Shown piece after piece: positions 30,300 to 40,285 of a stretch of DNA of 64,000 bases; the stretch's first letter is position 1; each line of letters begins with the position of its first letter. The stretch covers positions 160,001 to 224,000 of the forward strand of contig CALSSJ010000010.1 of the NCBI GenBank assembly GCA_943788985.1, read 5' to 3'. Under the pieces are notes generated by a model that did no database searches, was not told the origin of the DNA, and worked only from the letters and a program-made list of their open reading frames with translations. The translations under genes and the position numbers were made by a program. This DNA is from an uncultured Lentisphaerales bacterium. GTDB taxonomy: Bacteria > Verrucomicrobiota > Lentisphaeria > JABSQK01 > UBA12247.

Positions 30300-30608
30300 A
30301 TGAATAGAAGTGTGAATTTTCAGCAGGCGGCCGAGTGCCTGAAGGTGTTGGCGCATCCGGTCCGGCTGCAGATGGTGCAGTTGCTGTTGGCTGGCCGCTA
30401 TACGGTGGGCGAGATCGCAGAGGCATGCGGTGTGCTGGATAACGTGGCCTCGGAGCATCTGCGGCTGATGCAGCGCTGCGGCTTTTTCGTAAGCGAGCGA
30501 GAAGGTCGCCGGGTGTTCTATACGGTTTCTGAACCGCATTTGTCGGAGATCATGGCCTGCATCGAGGCGAGATTTGGCGTAGAACCTAACATGGAGGAAG
30601 CAACATGA
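30300..30608 (+). CDS. ArsR/SmtB family regulator (BigR/YgaV/SqrR-like context)
   Basis: AECLKVLAHPVRLQMVQLL...SEHLRLM...EREGRRVFY; several Cys. Confidence 0.9.
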   Translation: MNRSVNFQQAAECLKVLAHPVRLQMVQLLLAGRYTVGEIAEACGVLDNVASEHLRLMQRCGFFVSEREGRRVFYTVSEPHLSEIMACIEARFGVEPNMEEAT

Positions 30609-31114
30609 GTACAGTAGAAACGATCGCCGCGGAGGCTCTGCGAGGGCAAGACGATGTGGTGTTGTTGGACGTAAGAACGCATGCTGAGTTTCGGGCGCTG
30701 CATGCCAGCCCGGCACGAAACGTGCCGCTGAGTGATTTGGACGCAGCTGCGCTGGCCAAAGAGCTGGCGGCTGATTCGGTGTACGTGATCTGCAAGGCTG
30801 GGAGTCGCTCGGAGCAGGCCTGCAGAAAGCTGTCGGCCGCTGGGCTGAAGAGTGCCATCAGTGTTGCAGGTGGAACCGATGCCTGGGTGACTGCAGGGCT
30901 TCCGGTCAGGCGAGGCCAGGATGCGATGTCACTGGAACGGCAGGTCCGCATCGCGGCAGGGTTACTAGTGGTGATCGGCGTGATCGGGGCTCAGTTGTGG
31001 CACCCTGCGGTGATCTGGCTGTCGGGCTTCGTTGGGGCTGGGCTTGTCTTTGCGGGCATCACCAACACCTGCGGCATGGGCCTACTCTTGGCGCGCATGC
31101 CCTGGAATCGCTGA
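30605..31114 (+). CDS. Rhodanese domain + DUF2892 membrane protein (YgaP-like)
   Basis: LLDVRT, active loop CKAGSRS, VAGGTDAW, MSLERQVRIAAG, AGITNTCGM...MPWN. Confidence 0.9.
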   Translation: MSTVETIAAEALRGQDDVVLLDVRTHAEFRALHASPARNVPLSDLDAAALAKELAADSVYVICKAGSRSEQACRKLSAAGLKSAISVAGGTDAWVTAGLPVRRGQDAMSLERQVRIAAGLLVVIGVIGAQLWHPAVIWLSGFVGAGLVFAGITNTCGMGLLLARMPWNR

Positions 31115-31224
31115 GGCGGCTCAGGCTGGTCGGGCAGCTACGGTAACAGCCAGTTGCTCGGCAAACTCTGCGTAGTACACAAACTCTTCGTCTGTAAATG
31201 CGTCTTTGTGGGTGCGGGCCACAA

Positions 31225-32577
31225 TCAAGAGCGCGTGGACTCAGCTGTCTCTGGTTGCTGGACATGACGCGTGCCGTCTACCAGTGCGGGCGCAGCGAAT
31301 AGATCGCTCTTGTCCACTGGAAGCCTAAGCAAAGGCCCGGGCGCGCTCTTGGCGATTTTTCTGTCCATTGTGGGGGCGGTGGTGCCGTCGAGCGGTACAT
31401 AGACAGGGCCATCGATATCCCCGCGCCGCTCTAACGCTTCCAGCACTGTGGCAATCGACTCGGCACCCGTGGCGACGCGACGCAGGTCCTCGAGGAGTCG
31501 CAGGCGGTTCTTGTAGACCTCGTAGCGCCCTGAATCGAGCCGGCTTAGCGTTTGCGCCAGCACTGATGCAAGCGCGCGGGCCAACTTGCGTTGTGGCTCG
31601 CTCAGGGTCTTCACCGGCTCCTCAGCGCGGCGGAGAGTCCCGAGCAGGCGCGCGTTAACCGTTACTGGAAGCAGCAGAAAGGCTGGCCCCAGCTCTTGGC
31701 ATGGAGTGGCACGCGGGAGGTCATGACCTAGCCAAAGGACTCGAGGCGACTGACATCGGTGGCCGCGGTGCGCTGGTCGGTCGCGCAATAGCAGACCAGC
31801 TGGCGGGCTTTGTCCCAGAGCCCTACGGCGGCCTTGCTGCCTTGGACGGCTTGTTCGATTTACTCGATGGCGATTTTGGCCAGCTGGCTGTGGTCCGCTG
31901 TCGCAGGCAGTCTTGGCGCATGCATGCGTGAGCGTGGATAGCACCCCCGGTCTCATGGCGTAGCGACGCCTCTGCCTGGCGGCACCGCCGGCGCGCTCGC
32001 AGGTGGCCACGTAGTTTACGCCCACGGTAGAAAGTGGAATAGGGACCAATGCGACGTACTCCTTCTCCCAGCGTTGGTTGACCATGGTGAACTCGCCCTC
32101 GCTGTTCAACAGTGCGGGTGCATCAGGCGAGGCGTGGAGCGGAATGCCGCCTGCCAGCGATGTCGCGACAGCCCCGCGCAAGTCTGCCATACTGCCGCGC
32201 ACCAGCGGTCGATCGGCAGGCAACTTTGCCAGATGCACCAGGCACGGCACGTCCTCGCCCTTGCTACTGCGATGGGTTCACTCAAACTGCACGATTTCGC
32301 CGCGCAGCGCCCGTTCGACGTACGCCTTCGCGAGCTCTTTGGAGCTCCGGCCGTCCGGCTGTCGTGTCGGGCTGATCTTGGCCGGCGATCTGCGTAACAG
32401 CTGCCCGCGTGACATGCCGAACATCTGTTGGGCCATGCCATTTGCCTCGATAAAGCAGCCGGCCTCGGCAGCGAAGAGCACGATCGCCTCTGGCGCTTCG
32501 TCTACCAGCACTCGAAACCGTTCCTCGCTGCCGCGGAGCGCGTCAAGTGCCGTCCAGGTATCGAAAATATCCTGCAC
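31225..32577 (-). pseudogene. Decayed PAS/GAF sensor protein
   Basis: SEERFRVLVDEAPEAI...ISPTRQPDGRSS...FE*THR (TGA 32278 where W is expected). A GAF-like segment in a shifted frame has stops at 31860 and 31728. Confidence 0.65.
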
Positions 32578-32962
32578 CGTGCTGTCTAGATTGGTTGGCC
32601 ATGCTCGTCTTTGAACACACGAGCCTGGCGCTGAACTCCTTCAGCGCGATCGGCTTAGAGATGTAGTCATCGGTACCAGCGGTAAAGGCGGACATCAGCA
32701 TTGACTTGTCCGAATACCCGGTCATCAGAATGATATAGGGCTACAATCCGCCCTGGGCGCGAACGCCGCGGCAGACATCGATCCCATTCATACCGGGCAT
32801 GCGCCAATCCAGCACTGCCAGCTCGGGAGTGTTGGTTTCCAGCATCACCTGCAACGCTGCGGAACCATCTCTTACGACCACCGCGACGTGCCCCAATTGC
32901 TCGACCACACGCGCCACTAGCCGCGCACACATCTCATCTTCTTTAGCGACAAGAATGTGCAT
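32543..32962 (-). pseudogene. Response regulator receiver pseudogene
   Basis: LAVLDWRMPGMNGIDVC...GGL*PYIILMTG...GTDDYISKP, with in-frame TAG at 32741. Confidence 0.75.
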
Positions 32963-33015
32963 CTACCACCTCCGTGCTCACCACACGATACCAGCAGCTT
33001 GTCCGCATGAAACCA

Positions 33016-34923
33016 TTACTCGGCAAGAGGAATCTTTTCGGCCAGGTCAGCCAAGTTTTCCCGTACCCATGAGTCATTTGGAGCGAGTGCACGGGCTCGC
33101 TCCAAAATCTCCACCGTGCGCGGCAGATCGCCGGTCAAGCGCAAGGCGACCGCCAGGTTCTTCAGCGCCACCAGTGATTCCGGGTGGATGGCGACTGAGC
33201 GTTCCAACAGCGCCACAGCGCGCTCGGGCTCCTTTGGGCGCTCGGTGAGGTAGCGCAGGCCCGCGTTGTAGTGGGCCGCAAACCCAGCCGGCCGGATCCG
33301 GGCGGCCTTGACATAGTACTCGAGCGCCAGCTCTGGGCTCTCGACCAAGTCGTAGGCCCGGGCCAGCTGGAAGGCAGTGTGATAGCGCTGGCCAAACTCC
33401 TGCTCGATCGCCAGGAAGATGGGAATGGCCTGTGCTGGGTCCCGCTCATTCCAGACCATGCCTAGTGACTCCCGGGCTTGGACAAAGCTCGGCAGCAAGG
33501 CGATTGAGCGCTCCAGGTAGTTGACCGCCGCGTCCAGCTTCACCGTGCGTTCGAGCCCCTCTGGCAGCGCCTGCGCCTGCTCGTACAAAACTGCCGCCGC
33601 AGCGGCTGTGGCCTTCACACTTCCCGGATGCGTATCCGCATCGGCCAGAGACAAGGTGTGGGAGCTCTCCCAGTCCCGGTTCCGGTTCACGGTCATCCCA
33701 CCGAGGACGAACACCAGCGCCAAGGTGGCCAACTGGGCACTTCGCCGCCTCAGGATCGCAGCTGGCAGGCGAGACATCAGCCAGCCGACAACAAGCGCCA
33801 AGGCCAGTGACGGCGCATACAGAAACCGCTCTGCGACGAACACGCCCACAGTGAACACCAGATTGGACACGGGCAGCAACGAAAGCGCGTAGACTGCGAA
33901 GGCAAAACCGCCCCAATACTGCCTTTTGCGAACTCCGCAAACCGCGAGCCATGCCAGCGTTCCGTGCACTGCCAGGCTAGCCCAAACCTGCAAATCTCCC
34001 CAAGAAGACACTGTGATCACGAACGGATAGTAGTCTACCGTCAGGCCCACCGGGCAGACAAGCAGCCGCAGGTAGGTCAGGCCGCAGGCCACAGCCGTGG
34101 CGATCCGCGCTGCCGAGCCGACATTCATAAATGGGTCGTTCAGGATCGTGTTGACTTGGCCTGGCACGGCCCCGCCAATGACCGCTTGGCGGACGATTAG
34201 AAACAGGACGCCTCCCGCGATCATCGGCACACCCACGTGCAGCAGCCGAAAGCGGCGGCCCCCGCCAAAGCAGAGCAGGCTGAGCGGGACCAGCACACAC
34301 CAGACGATCGCGCTCTCCTTTGACATGGTCGCCAGAAAAAGCAAAACTCCAACGGCAGCCATACCGGCCGCATTCAGCGGGCGTTCGCGGCGAACTGCAA
34401 TCCACCAGGCGATGAAGACGAGGAGCAAGGCCAGCACCTCGTCGCGCCCCTTGATGTTTGCCACTGCTTCGGTATGGACCGGGTGGACAACAAAGAGCAA
34501 GGCGGTTGCGAACCCCGCAATCTGCGGACTCCGCAAGCGCTGCAAGGACCACAGTCGCTCGACAATCAAGAACAACAGGCAGCCTGTGAGCATGTAAAGC
34601 AGGACATTGATGCCATGACTCACGTGCGAATTGAGGCCGAACAACTGGGCCTCGAGGGCAAAGGTGATTAAGGACAACGGCCGGTACCTTCCGCCGACCA
34701 CGTCGCCTTTGTACGAGTTGCCCAGAAAGCCCGCGAAGGTGTCCTCGCTTAGTAGCTTCCAGATGCCGCTGATGCCACTTTGCGTATAGGCATTGCGGTG
34801 GAGGACGATCTGGTCATCCATCGCGTAGTCATGGCCAAGGGTATTGGCGTACAGGGCGAAGGCCACGGCAGCAATTGTCGCCAGAGCCCAGACTCTAGAT
34901 CGCTGTGGGTTGTTCTTATTCAC
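33016..34923 (-). CDS. TMTC-like GT-C glycosyltransferase with TPR repeats
   Basis: YAMDD, RYRPL, HPVHTEAVANIKGRDE, SKES, AERFLYAPS, RNRDW, then TPRs. Confidence 0.85.
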   Translation of the reverse strand: MNKNNPQRSRVWALATIAAVAFALYANTLGHDYAMDDQIVLHRNAYTQSGISGIWKLLSEDTFAGFLGNSYKGDVVGGRYRPLSLITFALEAQLFGLNSHVSHGINVLLYMLTGCLLFLIVERLWSLQRLRSPQIAGFATALLFVVHPVHTEAVANIKGRDEVLALLLVFIAWWIAVRRERPLNAAGMAAVGVLLFLATMSKESAIVWCVLVPLSLLCFGGGRRFRLLHVGVPMIAGGVLFLIVRQAVIGGAVPGQVNTILNDPFMNVGSAARIATAVACGLTYLRLLVCPVGLTVDYYPFVITVSSWGDLQVWASLAVHGTLAWLAVCGVRKRQYWGGFAFAVYALSLLPVSNLVFTVGVFVAERFLYAPSLALALVVGWLMSRLPAAILRRRSAQLATLALVFVLGGMTVNRNRDWESSHTLSLADADTHPGSVKATAAAAAVLYEQAQALPEGLERTVKLDAAVNYLERSIALLPSFVQARESLGMVWNERDPAQAIPIFLAIEQEFGQRYHTAFQLARAYDLVESPELALEYYVKAARIRPAGFAAHYNAGLRYLTERPKEPERAVALLERSVAIHPESLVALKNLAVALRLTGDLPRTVEILERARALAPNDSWVRENLADLAEKIPLAE

Positions 34924-34931
34924 CCGTACGC

Positions 34932-35600
34932 TTAGCGCTCCAAGGTCACCAGATAGGCCGCGATGTCACGGAGCTGCTCGTCGCTGATCTGATGTACTGC
35001 TTCGGCCATATTGAGCCCAGCAGTGTCATTGTCATCTACCGTGCGCAAGCCGTCGCGATAGTTCGCCGCCTGGCGGACGATGTATGAGCCGGGTAGTCCC
35101 ACCAGAGGCGGTGCCTTCGCGACGCGTGAGCCGCTGCCGCCCGGATGGCAGCGATTGCAGTGCAACTCGAACAGGGCGCTGCCGACCTCGGCATTGCCCT
35201 CAACGTCTGGCTTACTGCGCTCATGCGGCAGGCGCGAGAGAAAGGTGACGAAGCCTCGCATTTCTACCATCGTATTGAGATTCCGTACTGCCTCGCGCAT
35301 TGCCACTTCAGGGCCATTCTCCCGGCGAGAGCCACGTTTTCCGGTGGAGAACTCGGCCAGCTGCTTGGCGAGGTACCAGCGTGGCATGCCCGCGACCGGC
35401 GGTGCGCCGAATCCGGCATCGGCCTGGTGGCAGATTTGGCAGTCTGCGTACACCTTGTGAAAATCTGCAATGGAGCGAATCTCCGCGGCTTCCCGCGTTT
35501 CGCGTCGTTCTACCTGTTGGCAACCGGCGACGGTGATTACGATGGCCACCAGTGTGAGCAAGGCCTTCAGATTGAGACAAGGGTGGACTGGCCTACGCAT
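34932..35600 (-). CDS. Lipoprotein dihaem cytochrome c (c4-like)
   Basis: Lipobox VAGC; CQICH and CNRCH; AP-x-(V/L)-x-G...Y motifs; distal Met in both domains. Confidence 0.85.
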   Translation of the reverse strand: MRRPVHPCLNLKALLTLVAIVITVAGCQQVERRETREAAEIRSIADFHKVYADCQICHQADAGFGAPPVAGMPRWYLAKQLAEFSTGKRGSRRENGPEVAMREAVRNLNTMVEMRGFVTFLSRLPHERSKPDVEGNAEVGSALFELHCNRCHPGGSGSRVAKAPPLVGLPGSYIVRQAANYRDGLRTVDDNDTAGLNMAEAVHQISDEQLRDIAAYLVTLER

Positions 35601-35650
35601 TCAGCTCCAATGGTGGTATTGGTTTTGTTTTCTGAGAGAGAGGGAATACC

Positions 35651-36289
35651 ATGCTGCGGATCTTTCTGTTCGCCATGATCGCAGGCGCAATCTGCGGCTG
35701 TGGTTCAAATCAGGCGTTGGAATCGGCGTTGCTCGCCGGAGAAGAGGTCGAGCCTGGCCGGTATAGCGCCTGTATGGCGTGCCATGGGCTGATCGCGCAG
35801 GGCGACCAAGAGAAAGGCGCGCCAGCCTTGTCGCAGTTGCCTGCGGACTACCTCGTGCTGCAGATGGCAAACATCCGCGATGGCATTCGCACCGCCGCTG
35901 GCTGTGCTGAGGCGTTGGCCGCACATGAGGTGGCCGACGAGCTTGCGGACCTCGCAAAAACCATCGGGTCCTACACGGCTGTCTGGCCGGCCCCCAGCCA
36001 GCGTGGCGGAAACGTGAAGAATGGGAAAAAGATCTTCAGTACCTGCCTGGCCTGTCATGCGCCGGACGGCAGCGGGTTCCCTGCTTTGGCCGCGCCGCCG
36101 CTTATCTATCAGCATGATTGGTACCTGCGGCACACGCTGCAGGAATTTCGGACTGGTGCCCGCGGGACGCATGAGCTTGATCGCAACGGCAAGCGGATGT
36201 CCGTGGGAATCGGCTCATTCGTGCCCAGCGATGCCGCCGTTCTCGATGTTGTCGCCTACATAAACTCACTCAAAGAGGACCACCAATGA
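35651..36289 (+). CDS. Lipoprotein dihaem cytochrome c (c4-like)
   Basis: Lipobox ICGC; CMACH and CLACH; APALSQL-x-x-DYL; APPLIYQHDWYL. Confidence 0.85.
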   Translation: MLRIFLFAMIAGAICGCGSNQALESALLAGEEVEPGRYSACMACHGLIAQGDQEKGAPALSQLPADYLVLQMANIRDGIRTAAGCAEALAAHEVADELADLAKTIGSYTAVWPAPSQRGGNVKNGKKIFSTCLACHAPDGSGFPALAAPPLIYQHDWYLRHTLQEFRTGARGTHELDRNGKRMSVGIGSFVPSDAAVLDVVAYINSLKEDHQ

Positions 36290-37199
36290 CCCAGCTCGAC
36301 GCAGTCGTCCTTCAACCCTTCGGCGGTCCCGAGCGCAGCGAAGACGTCGTCCCGGTTCTCGATAATGTGCTGCGCGGGCGCGGCGTGCCGGAGTCGCGTA
36401 AACTCGAGGTAGCAGAACACTACCGGGAGCTGGGCGGGACCAGCCCGGCCAATGCCTGCAACCGGCGGTTTTCCGCCCATGTTGAGGCCGAACTGCGCCG
36501 CCGTGGGCGACCGCTGCGCCTGTTTCTGGGCAATCGTAATTGGCACCCGCTGTTGCCAGACACGCTTGCGCAGATGAGGGATTGCGGAGTTGGCAACGCC
36601 GCAGTCTTTGTCACTAGCGCCTTTAGCAGCTATTCCGGCTGTCGTCAATACCAAGGAGACCGAGAGCGAGCGACTGCGACCGTGGACGATGCGCCAGCGC
36701 TGCTGCCCACTGCCAAGTTCTTCAACCACCCCGGCTTCATCGAGGCAAATGCTGATCAGGTCCGGGCTGCCATAGCCTCGCTGCCCCCCCGGCCCCCATA
36801 CCTACGCTGGTCTGCACGGCGCACAGTATTCCGTGCGTCATGGCCGATTCGTCGCCCTATGTCGAGCAGCTTCGTACTACAGCCCGGTTGCTGGCAGAGG
36901 CGGTGGGGTTGGCGCCAGCACCGCTGGCTTGGCAGAGTCTCAGCGGGCCGCCCGACCAGCCTTGGCTCGAGCCCGATGTCTGCGATCATGTGGACACGCT
37001 GGCTGCGCAGGGATGCGACCGCATCGTGGTCGCGCCCATTGGCTTTTTGACCGATCACGTCGAGGTGCTGTTCGATCTTGATGATGAACTTCGCGCGCAT
37101 TGCGAACTCCGCAAGATCACGATGGCTCGCGCCAACACCGCCGGTACTCATCCGGCCATGATTCGCTTGACCGCAGACCTGATCGAAGAGGCTGCATGA
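36286..37199 (+). CDS. hemH: Ferrochelatase, frameshifted in the C7-GG-C5 tract at 36784-36797
   Basis: FGGPE, HYRELGGTSP, RNWHP, SSYSGCRQY in one frame; TAHSIP, WQSLSGPP...WLEPD, PIGFLTDHVEVLFDLD in the next frame. Confidence 0.85.
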
Positions 37200-37348
37200 A
37201 CGCCTGCGTTTTGCGCCCCCAGTTGCTGTCCAGCGAGCCCGGGAGGCCCGCATCCACGCGGCGAATAAACGCCTTTTTCGAGTATTGATTTATTATCGAT
37301 TAGATCCACGGAATAAAGAAAACCTATGGAACGGGGAGAAGGCAGCAG

Positions 37349-38482
37349 ATGGCGAAGGAATTCCAGCTATATGGAGCGCGCTGGCAGAAAGGCCGGCGCG
37401 GCGAACTGCCAAGGCAAATCTATGATGCGTTCGTCAAGGAGATCGTGTCCGGTCGCTGGAGTGTAGGCGAGCGCTTGCCTACATATGAGCAGCTGCGTCG
37501 CGATACAGGGGCCAGTCGCACATCGATCGAGACAGCGCTGAATCGGCTGGATGAAACCGGCTTCATCACGCGTGTGAGTAAGAAAGGCATGTTTCTCAAG
37601 ACTCTCCATCCTGGCCGGCATGCGCAGACTGGCACAGTGGCGGTGATTACTGGTACGCCTGGCGCGCGCAACGGAACCGAAATGGTACGTCGCACCGATT
37701 CGTTTGGCCTATTCGATATCGATACGATTCGGGGTGAAGCCCGAGAGATTGGGCTGAATGCGGTCCCCGTCTCCGTGAACAGCGACGCTGTGGAGATCAC
37801 AGCGAGACTGGATGAGTTGTGTGCCGAGCCGGACTTCCACGGCATCATCTCGATGGTCTCAAAAAAGCGGATGAAGCACGTGGATACGAGGTTGGCGCCG
37901 ATTGTCTACCTCGGCGTCGCGGACCTTAATTGCGCGCCCGCCGTGGTAGGAAGTCCTTATCGGGCGATGTGCTTGCTGACCGAGCATCTGGTGACAGCGG
38001 GACACCACAAGATTGGAGTCTTCATGCCGCCTAACTGGGCCTGCGAGGTCAGCGACCTGATGCTTCGGGGGCATCGCCAGGCGATGGCGGAGGCCGGGCT
38101 TGTCTGCCAGGAGGAGCCGATCGCGCTGTCCTCGGCGATCGAGCACTTGGACGTGGCCGCGGTGAAAGGTGTCTTGGGAGCGTGCTCGGACTGCACTGCA
38201 TTCATTGGCGGCTCGATCGAGGTGACGAGGAAGATTGCGGAGACCGCAGATCTGTTGGAGATCGCGATTCCCGATCAGCTCAGTATCTGTTCGATGCAGG
38301 CAGGCGTGCTGCGGGAAGGCCGTAAGGACCCGGTGCTCGGCATTAGCTACGATTGGCACACGGTCATCACCACCTGCTTTGAGCTGCTGCTGAGCGAAGA
38401 GAAGCGCCGACATCTGTCGCGGCTCGTGATCAGCCCTGAGATTATCGACTCCGCATCGCTCAGCGTGCGGCAAGTTCAGTAG
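37349..38482 (+). CDS. GntR-HTH regulator with LacI-type ligand-binding domain
   Basis: IVSGRWSVGERLPTYEQL...SRTSIETAL...KKGMF; HLVTAGHHKIG, IPDQLSI. Confidence 0.85.
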   Translation: MAKEFQLYGARWQKGRRGELPRQIYDAFVKEIVSGRWSVGERLPTYEQLRRDTGASRTSIETALNRLDETGFITRVSKKGMFLKTLHPGRHAQTGTVAVITGTPGARNGTEMVRRTDSFGLFDIDTIRGEAREIGLNAVPVSVNSDAVEITARLDELCAEPDFHGIISMVSKKRMKHVDTRLAPIVYLGVADLNCAPAVVGSPYRAMCLLTEHLVTAGHHKIGVFMPPNWACEVSDLMLRGHRQAMAEAGLVCQEEPIALSSAIEHLDVAAVKGVLGACSDCTAFIGGSIEVTRKIAETADLLEIAIPDQLSICSMQAGVLREGRKDPVLGISYDWHTVITTCFELLLSEEKRRHLSRLVISPEIIDSASLSVRQVQ

Positions 38483-38485
38483 CGC

Positions 38486-39375
38486 TTAGGCCTCGCGCAT
38501 CGGAAAGTAGACCGCGGTGACGAGGTCGTCCTCTGAGGTTTTGCCCTGGCAGGATTCGTAGATCTCGAACGGCGGGATCTTCTTCTGCAGGCCAAAGACC
38601 TTTGCCTACGAATGCATCATGCCGGCTGACCAGGCGTTGCCCAATTGCCGATAGAGCCCGGTTTGGCGGATGCAGTAGGCATTACAGGTTGGAACCTGCC
38701 CCGCGACAATTCCGGCCGCGGCTGCCGTGCCAGCTGGCATCTGCAAGCCGCATGTGTACTCGGTGGATTCCCTCACAGCATCAAACGTATGATAAATCGA
38801 AAAGGTCGGGCCAGTGGACTAAAAGGCCGCTTTGCTTTACATGGTCGATCAGCTTCTTGAAGTCTGCCTTCATGGCTGGGCCGGTATCCGCAATCATACA
38901 TTTTTTGCGAATCCCGTGGTAGTGACAGCCCGCGAAGGTCTGGCGCTGGTCTAAGCACAGGATCGAGGGGATACTGCCGCGCTCGACTCAGTCATTCAGT
39001 ATCAGCAGGCCGCGTTCGTAGTCTTTGCCGATCCAGGCAATCATCGACTTGGTCATTCAGAACATGAACTAGGGCAGAGAAGTGTTCGTCTACCAGTTGA
39101 CGTCCAAGCCATTTTCGCCGGGCTTGAGGAGGGTTAAGTCCAGGTAGAGTTGCTCGGCGGGGGCTTCCGCGAGCAGTCTCACCTTGCCGGCGCCGAAGAC
39201 CTGCCCTTCCCAGTCATAGCCGCTGCCGTCTTCCTCGTCGTTGAGTAGGCAGTCAGGTTCGGCGATCAACCATGGAGACCACTGGCGCCAGGTCTTGCAT
39301 TCACGGATGGCAGCAACGACGGAATCCGTCGTGACCTGGACTGTGATTGATCTGGACAACTGAAAAATTTGGCAT
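38486..39375 (-). pseudogene. SRPBCC + GyrI-like protein pseudogene
   Basis: WRQWSPWL...SLP*FMF*MTKSMIAWIGKDYERGL...YRQLGNAWSAGMMH...PFEIY...VYFP, with five in-frame stops and two frameshifts. Confidence 0.8.
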
Positions 39376-39470
39376 ATCCGCTACGTGTACAGGCTTCACA
39401 GTTACAGTAGCAGCTAGACCGACCGCGTCTACTGTGTCGTAGCTTCGTAATCACTCAGGCCCTCTAAACC

Positions 39471-40277
39471 GTGCGCGACGACCTATACAGGCAATTGCAA
39501 GTCTCCTCAGAAGCAAGCTTCGGGGAAATCAAGAAGGCGTACTACCGCTGCGCCAAGGCCTGTCATCCAGACTTGCACTGCGGCAGCAGGCAAATGGAGG
39601 AGCAGTTTCTCCAGGTTGTCCATGCCTTCGATGTGCTATCGGACCCGCTGCAGCGAAGTGCCTACGACAAGTGGTGTGCGGAAGCCGCAAAACAAGGGAA
39701 GCAGTCGCTCAGTAATTTCCATGTGAAGCGCCCCTCCAGCATTATGGACAGCCCGGCAGACGACATCTTAGAAGAATTGATCGTTGGGAACCGGGTGCCC
39801 ACCGGCAGCTCGCTTCAGACGCTGCTCACGGATCTGGAGGGAACGGAGTGGTTTATGACCTTTCGCGAGGGCAAGACTTACTTCTACAAGGGGAACTATG
39901 ACGCGGCCTATCAGCTGTTTCGGCGCTGCACAGGGAAGTGTGGCGTGAACATTCTGTATCACTACTACATGGCTGAAGCCGCGATGAAGCTCGGTCGCTA
40001 CCGGCGGGCGCACAAGCACTTTCAGCGGTGCTTGGATCTGGGGCAGGAGCGAGTGCCAATCCAGCGCTTGGAGCGGGTGCACCGTCGCATGGTCCGGCTG
40101 CGCGATAAGCGCCATGGGATCCTAGCAAAGGTCATCAATATGATCGCCGGGAAGCCCGAGCTTCCAGCCAAAGCAGGCACAGATGCCGTGATCGCCGAAA
40201 CTAACCGTGCCATGGCTCGGTTGCTGCGGGAGGCCGAGAAAGAGGACCGCGAGAAAAACCAGAAGCGGTTGAGGTAG
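39471..40277 (+). CDS. DnaJ (J-domain) protein with TPR-like region
   Basis: DLYRQLQVS...EIKKAYY...HPD...AFDVLSDPLQRSAYD, followed by helical repeats. Confidence 0.85.
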   Translation: MRDDLYRQLQVSSEASFGEIKKAYYRCAKACHPDLHCGSRQMEEQFLQVVHAFDVLSDPLQRSAYDKWCAEAAKQGKQSLSNFHVKRPSSIMDSPADDILEELIVGNRVPTGSSLQTLLTDLEGTEWFMTFREGKTYFYKGNYDAAYQLFRRCTGKCGVNILYHYYMAEAAMKLGRYRRAHKHFQRCLDLGQERVPIQRLERVHRRMVRLRDKRHGILAKVINMIAGKPELPAKAGTDAVIAETNRAMARLLREAEKEDREKNQKRLR

Positions 40278-40285
40278 GCCCGCAG

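Noticed and set aside
30162..30716. Long N-terminal extension of the beta-propeller ORF
   Set aside because: Antisense shadow of the ArsR and rhodanese genes.
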